Shown here: positions 39,165 through 48,969 of the stretch, piece after piece | Layout: each line of letters begins with the position of its first letter | How positions within the stretch are numbered: position 1 is the first letter of the stretch | Virus record (IMG/VR): IMGVR_UViG_3300031466_000001 | Location: 96,001 to 160,000 of that record | Origin: a virus | Lineage: Duplodnaviria > Caudoviricetes | Strand: one strand, 5' to 3' | DNA: 64,000 nucleotides | Made by a program: the position numbers and the translations under genes | The notes under the pieces: generated by a model | Databases searched by the model: none | Seen by the model: the letters and a program-made list of their open reading frames with translations, nothing else | What the model was told of the DNA's origin: nothing

Positions 39165-41567
39165 TTATTTTACTTCCTTAATGTCAATGATAACATTACC
39201 CTTTGCAACAGGAACCAATTTTCTTCCTTTGGAAAGTCGAGGGAGTTCAGGTACTTTTTCAACATCGATTTCTTCGATGCTGTTTTTCAGAAATACTTTG
39301 AACTTTTCTTTACCTTTAACCGTTCTCATGATAATGGCCTCTTCACCATCTTCGAGTGAGATGATCCTGAGGGATTTACCTGCACGTTCCATCGTAGGGA
39401 ACGTTTCGAGTGTGGATCGTTTTCCTGTACCCTTATTAGTCAGAACAAAGATGCTTGTATCTTTCTCGTTGACGATATCCATACCAATAACGAATTCGTC
39501 CTCGGTAAGATCAATCGCCTTCACACCGATGGACATCCTATTCGTCTCTTTAACGGCATCAGACGAGAATCTGATACCGAAACCTTTGTTGGTATATACG
39601 AGAATGTCCTTAGTTCCGATAAGCATCTTTACAGATTGAAGTTCGTCTCCCTCTTTAACGATCATGGCCATCAAGTCATTTTTGATGTTCATGTAACTCT
39701 TCAAGAGAGTTTTCTTGATGATACCATTCTTTGTTACCATCAGAAGATAAATTGGTGCCTTGAACGCATCAATAGACTCCATAGTAGGCTTCCTAATAAT
39801 CGATGTAATCCTACCGGTCAAATTGCAATACTTACTGATACTTTCTCCTCCAGAGCTGAGTTCGGTATTAGGAATAGCATGGAGAGAAAGCTTAGAGATC
39901 ATTCCCCGACTATCGAAGAAGAGGATGTCTGTAAGATTACTAACATCCGTCAAAATCTCTGTCGGATAATCCCCTTGATTGATATGACCAATCGTTGTCA
40001 CGTCATGAGGGAGTTTCTTAATCATGTTATCTTTAGTGACAACGACGATGTGTCTGGTGTCACGAATTTTCCTAGTCCCATCAATGGTAATGATTTTACT
40101 TTTCCGTTCACCACCAAAAAGACGAATTCCTTCTTCAAGTTCGGCTTTGATGATTTTATCAATCATTTTATTCGACTTGATGATCTTTCTATATTCTTCA
40201 ACTTTCCTGTCGATATCTTCTTTTTCGGCCATATATCTTTTGATGGAATCCTTGGTAAATGCAGAAAGTTTCATTTCCGCAATTTGCTCAGCTTGCAGGG
40301 AGCTGATTTTGAATTCATCCATCAAATATTCACGAATTTCAGCCTTCGACTCAGCACTTTTGATAACCGACAGTGCTTTCTCTGCATTTTTTCCTGTAAA
40401 GATCATCAGTAACGTATCCAAAATGTGCTGACGTTCCTTGGCTTTGATATACATATGATTGAACACACGACGTTTAAAATCCCGTCTATAATCAAGCCAA
40501 GTGAGTATTACAGATCTTACATTAAATTTCTTATCTTGATAGTCATCGATCAGTCTGAAATTAACTGGGATTGTGATCTGCATACGAACTCTGTTATTCG
40601 TATACAGAGTATCCACGATCGTATAAGGATCTACTTCTTTCTTCAGCACGATACGCATCTCAAACCCAGATGGATTTTTGGTTTCTTTCGCCGAAGATTC
40701 TTTAAAGTCAAGAATACCGCTAATCTTTCCTTCTTCTTGAAGTGTAATAATGGCTTCCTTGACTTTATTGGGGGATACTTGAAGCGGGACCGATTTGATG
40801 ATAATTATGTTATTTTCTTCGTCAACCTCAATTTCCCCGCGCATCTTAAATTGACCTACTCCAGTTTCCGACAGCTCTTTAAACTGTCCTTCATCGACAA
40901 TATGGGCATACGTCGGACTGTCTGGAATAAGTGTGACATTTTCATAATTGGGATCTTCCAGCAATTTGATTGTCAGTTCGAGAACTTCTTTGGTGTTATA
41001 TGTTGGGAGACCTGTTGCCACACCATAACCAATACCGAAGGTGTTATTGATGAGCACATTCGGATACCGACTATGGAGAAACTCCGGTTCTTCTTCGTCT
41101 CCAAGATAATTAAGCTTCGTATCACTATAACGCAAATCAAATTCTTCAAAGAAACATTTATATGCATATTGACTCATTCTAACCTCTGTATACCGGCTAG
41201 CGGCTGCAGAGTCGCCCATCGGTGTACCGAAGTTACCTTGACCGTCAATCAATACCTGATTGTTGTTCCAAGGTTGAGCCAGCCTTACAATCGTATCATA
41301 GATCGGACTATCACCGTGCGGGTGATATTGGATTGCTTCACCTACAGCAGTATTAGATTTTTTATGGTTTTCATATGGGAACAGTTTTCGCAAATACATT
41401 GCATACATGATACGGCGTTCCCCCGGTTTAAGTCCATCAACTACACCAGGGATGTAACGCATGAATTTTACGTTTGCTCCGTAGATTTGCATTACATCCA
41501 TGCAGAGATCACTGATATTTCGGACCTCTATATTTCTATCCTCAGGGATAACTTTTTGTTTCTTCAT
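39165..41567 (-). CDS. gyrA: Type IIA topoisomerase subunit A (GyrA/ParC-like)
   Basis: DGLKPGERRI, YHPHGD, GQGNFG, catalytic AASRYTE, C-terminal beta-pinwheel repeats. Confidence 0.93.
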   Translation of the reverse strand: MKKQKVIPEDRNIEVRNISDLCMDVMQIYGANVKFMRYIPGVVDGLKPGERRIMYAMYLRKLFPYENHKKSNTAVGEAIQYHPHGDSPIYDTIVRLAQPWNNNQVLIDGQGNFGTPMGDSAAASRYTEVRMSQYAYKCFFEEFDLRYSDTKLNYLGDEEEPEFLHSRYPNVLINNTFGIGYGVATGLPTYNTKEVLELTIKLLEDPNYENVTLIPDSPTYAHIVDEGQFKELSETGVGQFKMRGEIEVDEENNIIIIKSVPLQVSPNKVKEAIITLQEEGKISGILDFKESSAKETKNPSGFEMRIVLKKEVDPYTIVDTLYTNNRVRMQITIPVNFRLIDDYQDKKFNVRSVILTWLDYRRDFKRRVFNHMYIKAKERQHILDTLLMIFTGKNAEKALSVIKSAESKAEIREYLMDEFKISSLQAEQIAEMKLSAFTKDSIKRYMAEKEDIDRKVEEYRKIIKSNKMIDKIIKAELEEGIRLFGGERKSKIITIDGTRKIRDTRHIVVVTKDNMIKKLPHDVTTIGHINQGDYPTEILTDVSNLTDILFFDSRGMISKLSLHAIPNTELSSGGESISKYCNLTGRITSIIRKPTMESIDAFKAPIYLLMVTKNGIIKKTLLKSYMNIKNDLMAMIVKEGDELQSVKMLIGTKDILVYTNKGFGIRFSSDAVKETNRMSIGVKAIDLTEDEFVIGMDIVNEKDTSIFVLTNKGTGKRSTLETFPTMERAGKSLRIISLEDGEEAIIMRTVKGKEKFKVFLKNSIEEIDVEKVPELPRLSKGRKLVPVAKGNVIIDIKEVK

Positions 41568-41622
41568 GCTTAATTACTCCTTTTCCATCATTTCTCTTGT
41601 ATAAATAATATATAAATGCAAA

Positions 41623-41850
41623 TTAGGTGTGCTCCCCAATAAAAATCATATCTGTTTCTTGACATGTGGATTTTGGACAAATTGGAGCCGCCATATGTTC
41701 GCCTGGCTCAGTCGTATAAAGCTCAGAACAGCCTTGACATTCATAAATACCAACAAGATTGGGATTTGCAAGATCTACTCCAAATTCAACATTACTACGA
41801 TCAAAGGAATCGAGCTGGAATCCTTTTTCTTTTTCCATGATCAAAACCAT
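41623..41850 (-). CDS. Small zinc-finger protein
   Basis: YECQGC...CPKSTC. Confidence 0.6.
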   Translation of the reverse strand: MVLIMEKEKGFQLDSFDRSNVEFGVDLANPNLVGIYECQGCSELYTTEPGEHMAAPICPKSTCQETDMIFIGEHT

Positions 41851-42084
41851 CCTTTCCTCTTTTTAAAACGTACGAATAATTCTTCAACTTCGTACTCACA
41901 TCCACAATCAGAGCACGTGTATCTGCTTATTTTAACAAGTTTACGCTTTAAAAATCCTTTGCGCACGAAATAATCATATCCATATTGAAGGAGCCGAGCA
42001 AGCTGGACATGAAGTCTTATCCATGTCCAGCTTGTTTTCCGATTTAGGAAGTCTTCCATTTCGCAAAATTCTTACCTTTGCCAT
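41841..42084 (-). pseudogene. Frameshifted zinc-ribbon gene between gyrB and gyrA
   Basis: RBS precedes ATG 42084 (MAKVRILRNG..CPACS); second CxxC (CSDC) lies in the +1 frame (track ORF 41841..42059). Confidence 0.6.
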
Positions 42085-42102
42085 ATAAAGACCCCTCTCC
42101 CA

Positions 42103-44535
42103 TTAATTATCGAGATCCTCTCGATTGAGTTTGTAGTTGGACAGGAATTCTACACGGTCATCTCTCGACTTTGCACCACCGTGCAAAATCTCCATCTTAC
42201 GGAGTTCCTCTTTCAGATCATTGATGGTTAGTTGAATCAGCATCCGATTATTCGGGTCCATAGTGGTCATGCCCAATTGATCATGGTTGAGTTCACCAAG
42301 TCCCTTAAACCGCTTTGTGATTGCCGGTCTAAATTTCTGACAATGAACCATGATATCCCCGATGGTCATAACACCACGGTCGATATAACCGTTCTTAGTC
42401 TTCTCATGCAAACGGTAGTAGATTTTACCCTTATTTACATCGAAGATCAAATCTTTTAACGTTTGAATCTTCTTGAAAAGAAGTTTGTCAAGGTTCAGAA
42501 TTTGATAGCGGCCTTCATGAATACCTTCGAGTATATTATCCTCGATAGTGATTTCCGGAAATCTCTTCTTCAAAAGAGTTTTGAAATTGACATCTTCCCC
42601 GTGTACCGCCACAAATTCCATAATTTGCGGATGGATACCGTAGTGCTTCGAAGCACGTTGGAGTTCTTCAAGATAATCCCGATTGTTCATCAGGAAATCT
42701 TTGAATTTCTCTTCTTTCATGACAACGTTCGTCTTAGGATCAATAAGAACGATGTTGTCACCGATTCTTTCCTCGAAGAGTTCAATATACTGACGTTTGT
42801 TCATTACATATTTCTTTTTCTTGTCATTTGTTTCATACAACGGCGCAACGGCTTTATACAGATAACCTTCTTCAACCACCTTAGGCAGATGGTATACGAA
42901 GAACGCACACAAAAGCGAGAAAATAAAGAAACCGTCTGCGTCGCTATCTGTCATGATAATAATTTTCTTGTAATGCAACTTACTTAAATCGAATCTTGGT
43001 CCGATATTACATCTAAGGATCGTCACCAGATCACGCAGCTCATTATTCTGCAGGACCACATCAGGACTAACCCCAAATACGTTTTTACCATAACCGCGAA
43101 CCCCGAATACTGCTTGGAAGTCTGCCGAATATCGACCTTGTTTTGCCGGACCGAATGCGGACTCCCCTTCTACGATGAACAATTCGCGGTAATCGTTTTT
43201 ACCCTTGTTATTAGCCGGACAGAAAAGATTGATTCCATGTTCAGAGAGATTGTTAGACTCTCCTCGAATTGCCGAGTTTCTCACTTTTGTAGATTCATAA
43301 CGAGCTTTTGCATTAGCTTTTATATAATCAACGATCTTTTTCAGCTCTCTCGGATTGCGTTTGAAATACTCGTCGAGACCACGATAAGTCATTTCACGCA
43401 ACGGTCTGAAGAAAGCTTGGTTGTTGAGTTTCTCTTTTGTCTGACCGCCAAACTCCGGTGTCATGTCAGTTGCAAGATACACACAGAGAACCAGACCATT
43501 GACAATATCGTTCGGCGTGATCTCAATTTTCTTAGCTTCTTTCTCCGAAAGAGCCTCACGCGCTTGTTTTCCAAAGTAATTAATAATACCAGCACGAACA
43601 CCATTAACGTGCTCGCCATGGTCAGTAGTCGTTACAAAGTTACAGAACGACTTAACTTTCATCTCTGCTACATGTGAAGATTCATACGTGAGAGCAAATT
43701 CTAATCCGATGAACCGCTGGATATTCTCCGGTTTGTATTCTCCAGTTTTTTCATCCCGGACTTGAACTATCTCAGTCAGCTTCATATCCCTTAAAATATG
43801 GATCGGATCTAAAATTGGCTTCTCCGCAAACTTCTTACACATCGTATAGAGACCATCTTTATTTCTAAACTTCCTTGTCATTACTGATTCTTTACCCTTG
43901 CGAGACACACTGAAGTTAATGCTAATATGACTAGGAGTTAAACAAATAATGTCTTCCAACCAAGCAATAACGTCATTGGGATCAATTTTACAATTTTCAC
44001 CCAGAAATCTTTTGCTCGGAATAAATTTAACAGTAGTTCCGTGTTTTACGCTCGCATCATCTTCGATCTTTACGTCTTGAACAAGCTTACCTTCACGGAA
44101 TTTTATACTTGCTCTCTTACCATAACGATAAGAAATAATCTCAAATGATTCAGACAAAGCATTTTCGACAGTGATACCCACCCCGTTCTGCCCAGCGGTA
44201 GTCCCTACTCCTTCACGTTTAAACTTACCACTAGACTGAAGAGTAGTACATACTATCTTAAGTTTATCGAACGGAATACCCCTACCGTTATCCGAAACGA
44301 TAATTTCATTCTCACTTTCATCAAGAAAGATCGAGATTTCATTACCAGGGGAATTCGGATTGATACATTCGTCAATCGCGTTATTAATGCCTTCCTTTGA
44401 CAGATGGAAGGCTCCCCTAGCTCCAGAATATCCGATATACATATGAGATGCTTCTTGAACTTTTTCAATGTCATTCTCTAGGTGCACAATATTATCATCT
44501 TCAAAAAGTTTTTCTTCTGTGATATTAACTGCCAT
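42103..44535 (-). CDS. gyrB: Type IIA topoisomerase subunit B (GyrB/ParE-like)
   Basis: GHKL motifs E.INNAIDE, DNGRGIP, GQNGVG; Toprim VEGESA, MTDSDADG; RFKGLGE. Confidence 0.93.
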   Translation of the reverse strand: MAVNITEEKLFEDDNIVHLENDIEKVQEASHMYIGYSGARGAFHLSKEGINNAIDECINPNSPGNEISIFLDESENEIIVSDNGRGIPFDKLKIVCTTLQSSGKFKREGVGTTAGQNGVGITVENALSESFEIISYRYGKRASIKFREGKLVQDVKIEDDASVKHGTTVKFIPSKRFLGENCKIDPNDVIAWLEDIICLTPSHISINFSVSRKGKESVMTRKFRNKDGLYTMCKKFAEKPILDPIHILRDMKLTEIVQVRDEKTGEYKPENIQRFIGLEFALTYESSHVAEMKVKSFCNFVTTTDHGEHVNGVRAGIINYFGKQAREALSEKEAKKIEITPNDIVNGLVLCVYLATDMTPEFGGQTKEKLNNQAFFRPLREMTYRGLDEYFKRNPRELKKIVDYIKANAKARYESTKVRNSAIRGESNNLSEHGINLFCPANNKGKNDYRELFIVEGESAFGPAKQGRYSADFQAVFGVRGYGKNVFGVSPDVVLQNNELRDLVTILRCNIGPRFDLSKLHYKKIIIMTDSDADGFFIFSLLCAFFVYHLPKVVEEGYLYKAVAPLYETNDKKKKYVMNKRQYIELFEERIGDNIVLIDPKTNVVMKEEKFKDFLMNNRDYLEELQRASKHYGIHPQIMEFVAVHGEDVNFKTLLKKRFPEITIEDNILEGIHEGRYQILNLDKLLFKKIQTLKDLIFDVNKGKIYYRLHEKTKNGYIDRGVMTIGDIMVHCQKFRPAITKRFKGLGELNHDQLGMTTMDPNNRMLIQLTINDLKEELRKMEILHGGAKSRDDRVEFLSNYKLNREDLDN

Positions 44536-44729
44536 GACTAGCCTACCTCCTTTTTCTATCTATATGTTTAGCCATTTTTAAAAATATAAAATCTACGTCG
44601 CGGAATACAGATACATAGAAAAAATAATTTTTTCATTTTCAAAAGTAAAAGTGTGTATACGATAGAATGGTCTGCAAACCCCCCATTGAGGGAGTTTGAG
44701 ACCATTCCTCATATACACACTTTCAGATA

Positions 44730-45014
44730 TTAATTTACGATCAGTTCGGATTCAAGGCGTCTAACGACGTCCTGATAACAACCGATGATTTCCTTCGCGT
44801 CCAGCTTAGCACCGAGTCTGAATTTGTAAACGATTATGCCAGTCTTATGACTGATGACGTTTACATCGAGGGTTCCTTTGATGCGATGGAACCAATAGTC
44901 GCCGACCCGCAAACCTTTCTTCGCGTTGTTGTCATCGGCACCTTCAGCCTCAATGAGAGCGGTTTCGTTTTCAACAGTTCCCGGCTCTTGAACAAAGATT
45001 TCAGCTTCGGTCAT
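44730..45014 (-). CDS. Hypothetical protein
   Basis: 94 aa, GGAGGG RBS. Confidence 0.7.
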   Translation of the reverse strand: MTEAEIFVQEPGTVENETALIEAEGADDNNAKKGLRVGDYWFHRIKGTLDVNVISHKTGIIVYKFRLGAKLDAKEIIGCYQDVVRRLESELIVN

Positions 45015-45144
45015 TAGGAATCACCCTCCGTTTTATGATGACAATAAAAATCGATGATTAATTTAATATATTTCGAGGGAAATAAAGTAGGGGACGCGAG
45101 TACTTACTCACATCCCCTACAGAATGATCAATGCTGGACGTTAG

Positions 45145-45657
45145 TTAAAGGTAGTAGCTATGCTTCTTCTTTTCTTTCTTGCCACCTTCGTAGCTGAACG
45201 AAAGTGCACCGAAACCGCCGAACGGCTCGCGCTCGCGTTCTTCACGGCCTTCGAAACGATCATCCCGGTCTCCATGATCTTCGCTGTTCTTCCGGACGAT
45301 CCGTTCATACAGTTCAGCAGCTTCCTTGATATCGAAATTCAGAATACCAAGAGCTTCGCTGATGCGCACGTCGCGCTCTCTGTCCGGGTCCGTAAGGCAG
45401 CGAATTTGGTTGATCATGTCGTGAACGACGCGCAGAGCGTTGCTGATGTCGCGGCCCGGAATTTGTTCCATGGAAAAGGTTTCGCCGCAACGTTTGCACT
45501 CAAAGCGACCATCAGACAGAACACGAAGAGCAAGCTTGCCGCTTTTCTTGCGGTGGCTGCAACGAGATACAATGCGCTTTTCTTTCTCACGGAGTTGACG
45601 ACGCAGTTCGTAAAGATCGTTTCTTTCTTTGTCGAATTCTTTGTTTTTCTTACCCAT
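45145..45657 (-). CDS. Zinc-binding hypothetical protein, high-expression codon bias
   Basis: CSH...CKRC; AAGGAGG RBS. Confidence 0.75.
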   Translation of the reverse strand: MGKKNKEFDKERNDLYELRRQLREKEKRIVSRCSHRKKSGKLALRVLSDGRFECKRCGETFSMEQIPGRDISNALRVVHDMINQIRCLTDPDRERDVRISEALGILNFDIKEAAELYERIVRKNSEDHGDRDDRFEGREEREREPFGGFGALSFSYEGGKKEKKKHSYYL

Positions 45658-45886
45658 CTAGTATTCCTCCTTAATTTGGTTATTTTTTTGTTTTCTCCAA
45701 AGTAAGTTTTAATTAAACTTACTCTTGAGACCTTAATAATTAGTTTCGCAAATAATAAAATACTGCAATTTTTCTACGATCCGCTAGGTGAAATTAATCG
45801 ATATTAATCTCTCCTTTACAGAATATTATTTATTTTCTTTCTGGCCTTATAATATAGATTCGAAATATTTATTAATTTTTTTCGGT

Positions 45887-45922
45887 TAAAAGATCCTACG
45901 GAATATTCCGTAGGATCTTTTA
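45887..45922. terminator. Perfect 36-bp palindrome terminator
   Basis: TAAAAGATCCTACGGAAT-ATTCCGTAGGATCTTTTA directly after the 45923 stop. Confidence 0.75.
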
Positions 45923-46204
45923 TTAAAAACCAATGAAACGGCTATTAACGGTATCCCAGTCACTTTCACTTTTTACAATAACTATTGTTTGGATATGACC
46001 AATATGTTTAGCCACCCTAACCTTAGTTCCTTTAGGATCTTCAACTTCAAAGACGAGATGCTGAATACTTGGTATATAATTTTTGGCAAGTGAAAATCTA
46101 TTATTTTTAGTAAAAAGATGGCGTGCAGAGTTGTCAAACACGAAACCAAGAATATTTTCTTCCCCAAAATATGCCACAGTTGCAAGAAAAATATCTTCTT
46201 CCAT
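45923..46204 (-). CDS. Hypothetical protein
   Basis: 93 aa, GGAGG RBS. Confidence 0.65.
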   Translation of the reverse strand: MEEDIFLATVAYFGEENILGFVFDNSARHLFTKNNRFSLAKNYIPSIQHLVFEVEDPKGTKVRVAKHIGHIQTIVIVKSESDWDTVNSRFIGF

Positions 46205-46368
46205 TACTTTTTCCTCCTCTTCTTTTTACGCTTACCTTTACCATGATGTAGGTTAAATTTCTTTTTTATTTCAGCTATTTTTTGCTCTCTTGTTTTATAA
46301 GGTTTAGGTTTAGCTTTAGGTAGCGCTTCCCCTATTTTTTCAAGTGCAAAAGGTACTTTTGGTAGCAT
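46204..46368 (-). CDS. 54-aa very basic peptide (not in ORF track)
   Basis: AAGGAG RBS; MLPKVPFALEK...HHGKGKRKKRGGKK; TAATG coupling to next gene. Confidence 0.55.
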   Translation of the reverse strand: MLPKVPFALEKIGEALPKAKPKPYKTREQKIAEIKKKFNLHHGKGKRKKKRRKK

Positions 46369-46441
46369 TAGTATTACTCCTTCCTACGTTTATATATTAT
46401 TTAAGTGAAGTGTAATAAATAATCTAAAAGGAGTGTTTTAA

Positions 46442-46618
46442 ATGGGTAAAATGGAAGAAAAAATCTACGAAACACGGGCACGGCTCCATATGCACACTGA
46501 GAGTGCAGCAAGGAAAGTTCGCAGCACAACGAACAAAATCATTCCGATTCACCCCAACCCGTACCATTTCGCGGTGAATATCAAAGATGGTATCCGCCGC
46601 ATCTTCAAAAAATATTAA
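46442..46618 (+). CDS. 58-aa basic early peptide (not in ORF track)
   Basis: Early motif 46391-46400, AAGGAG RBS, MGKMEEKIYETRARLHMH...IRRIFKKY, downstream hairpins. Confidence 0.55.
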   Translation: MGKMEEKIYETRARLHMHTESAARKVRSTTNKIIPIHPNPYHFAVNIKDGIRRIFKKY

Positions 46619-46692
46619 AATTGCCCTCCGGCGACCACTCATGGTCGATTTTGTCCCAGGCCTTGTCGATAACGACAAGGCCCTATTTTTTT

Positions 46693-47940
46693 CTATGCGA
46701 CTTTATCAAATACATTTGATTTTTTTGTGGGTGATCTGAAAACTGGCTGCTTAGCCAAAATCAGACCCTTAACTGCACGAGTAATGGATGTATAAAGCCA
46801 CTTATTATAGTACTCTTGGTCACCAATACGTTCGTCATATACGAAAACGTTATCGTACTGGGAACCTTGAGCCAAGTGTGCGGTAATTACATAACCAAAC
46901 TGAAATTTATTATAGTTATTGAATTTAGACATGATATTTTCATTCTTAGCGGCTTCTGCCATGTCTGTGAAAAGATATCGATAATCTATTTCTACCTGTT
47001 CAAATATTTCTTCAGTTTTAAACTCGGGTCGAAAATCTATCTTAATAGATCTTCTATTATAACTTTCTAGGTCCATATCGTCGACATATCCAATCAACCC
47101 ATTAATTAAACAAATTCCATTATCAATAGATAGATTCCAATTATTTTGTCTGCAAATAAGCTTTTCTCCCAAAACAAGAGTGTCTTTCTGTTTGACTCCA
47201 ATGATGTTTTGTCTATAATACTCTGTCATTCGTTGACGAGTAGAATTTTTCCCACAGATTATAATGTCTGCCTTTGAAAGCATTTGGTCTGTTATCATTT
47301 CCTTAGGAATGACAAAACACCTATCGCCATATTTACCAATAGGTATTTCTTCTCCCTTTATAGCCATCTGACTAAGAATAACAATGGGATCATTCTTAGC
47401 CTGACGCATGACCTCAGTGAGAATGAAATCTGGCTTAATAAGAAATGCAGGCTTACCGAATACTGGCGGTAACTGATTGAGATCCCCTAAAACAATCACA
47501 GGTAAACCAAAACTAAGTATGTCATTCTTAATCTGCTCATTTATCATAGAACCTTCATCGACAACCAAAAGTTTAATATAAGGAGGAAGAAATTTTTTTC
47601 TCTCAAACCCCTTATATTTAACGACTCTATTGTTCTTAATAACTTCATTTCCGTCTTCATCATAAAGAGTTTTATAGACTATGTCATAAAGGGATGCATG
47701 TATGGTTTTGGCTATATTACCACGGAGAGTTAACATCATCGCCGCTTTCCCGACATAGGCCATATATAAAACCTCATGGGGTTCAAGACCTATTCTTTCA
47801 ATCATTAGTTCAATGATACTTGTTTTACCTGAACCAGCTGGTCCAGATATCTCATATGTCTGCTTGTATTGCGTTAACCACCATTTAGTACAGTCATTGA
47901 GCAATTCTTTTTGTTGTTCATTCAAATCAGCATAATCCAC
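46693..47940 (-). CDS. Dda/RecD-like SF1B helicase
   Basis: GPAGSGKT, TIH, VVDEGSM, GDLNQLPPV, LTEVMRQ, GY.IT.H.AQGSQY, YTSITRA. Confidence 0.9.
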   Translation of the reverse strand: MDYADLNEQQKELLNDCTKWWLTQYKQTYEISGPAGSGKTSIIELMIERIGLEPHEVLYMAYVGKAAMMLTLRGNIAKTIHASLYDIVYKTLYDEDGNEVIKNNRVVKYKGFERKKFLPPYIKLLVVDEGSMINEQIKNDILSFGLPVIVLGDLNQLPPVFGKPAFLIKPDFILTEVMRQAKNDPIVILSQMAIKGEEIPIGKYGDRCFVIPKEMITDQMLSKADIIICGKNSTRQRMTEYYRQNIIGVKQKDTLVLGEKLICRQNNWNLSIDNGICLINGLIGYVDDMDLESYNRRSIKIDFRPEFKTEEIFEQVEIDYRYLFTDMAEAAKNENIMSKFNNYNKFQFGYVITAHLAQGSQYDNVFVYDERIGDQEYYNKWLYTSITRAVKGLILAKQPVFRSPTKKSNVFDKVA

Positions 47941-48050
47941 GGGGACAAGTACTCCCCCTTTCTCGAAAAAATAATTTATAAGAATGTATTTCCTTTTTTA
48001 ACATGCTACATTAATTTAATACTGCGAATATAGAGGTAGGTGGTAATTTT

Positions 48051-48419
48051 ATGATTGAAACGTTGGAAGATCTTAAACTTGAATCATTCGAATATGCATA
48101 CTTGGTTGAAGATACATCCTATACAGCGGATTCATTTCCTCTCTGGATGCCGAAGCTTCTTCCGTTAACAAATGGCTCGGCCAAGAGAGAAAATACCGTT
48201 GTTATAAACAACAATATTTTCATCAATGAAGTTAAACCAGAAACACCCTCATCCGTTTCTGCTAGAAATTATATTAGAATTCCAAAATACAGAAAGGCAG
48301 ATTTTCTTTATAAGGTAGATAATTATCCTCATAACACATCCATTAAAAGAGGGGCGTCCTTTTTGGTAAATGTGTTAAATAGTAATATTCAGACTATGTA
48401 CGTTACAGATAATATTTAA
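48051..48419 (+). CDS. Probable baseplate/tail-associated protein
   Basis: Upstream of gp53-like gene; beta-rich 122 aa. Confidence 0.5.
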   Translation: MIETLEDLKLESFEYAYLVEDTSYTADSFPLWMPKLLPLTNGSAKRENTVVINNNIFINEVKPETPSSVSARNYIRIPKYRKADFLYKVDNYPHNTSIKRGASFLVNVLNSNIQTMYVTDNI

Positions 48420-48436
48420 TAAAGGAGAATGGTATT

Positions 48437-48871
48437 ATGCCACCTTTAGGTATACCGGATTACGGGTCAATGCAAGGCCTTATAGATTACAGTAAGAGTC
48501 TTGATATTTCTCATGCTAAACTCCATTTCAAAACCCTCATACAATCTGAACAAAATAAACTTATCATCAATACGATGTCTATAATCGATAAATATTATGA
48601 CGTTATAAAAGCAAATACAGTTGACTATCAAATGACAGATGCCGAATTAATAAAATATAAATTTCAACCCAAGTATCTCTCTTTTGATCTTTATGGTACG
48701 ACCGAACTCTGGTCTCTTATCTTAAAGGTTAATAATATGCTTAGTGCTACCCAATTCACGAGAAGGAATATAAAGATCCTCACGAATAATATATTCTCTG
48801 TATTGAATGAGATTCTAATTCTTGAGGATAAAGAAATTAAAGAAAATAATTTGTTGGTATATAGGAAATAA
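48437..48871 (+). CDS. Baseplate wedge protein (T4 gp53/LysM-like)
   Basis: YKFQPKYLSFDLYGTTELWSLILKVNN pattern. Confidence 0.7.
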   Translation: MPPLGIPDYGSMQGLIDYSKSLDISHAKLHFKTLIQSEQNKLIINTMSIIDKYYDVIKANTVDYQMTDAELIKYKFQPKYLSFDLYGTTELWSLILKVNNMLSATQFTRRNIKILTNNIFSVLNEILILEDKEIKENNLLVYRK

Positions 48872-48969
48872 AGGAAGAGGTCAATTCCTCTTCCTTTATT
48901 TTTTTTTTCTTAGTAATCTCACTCACCAGATTTATATATTATAGATCTGGAAAGGGGTGAGAAACGTCT

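Noticed and set aside
39636-41573. 258- and 382-aa + strand ORFs
   Set aside because: Antisense shadows of gyrA
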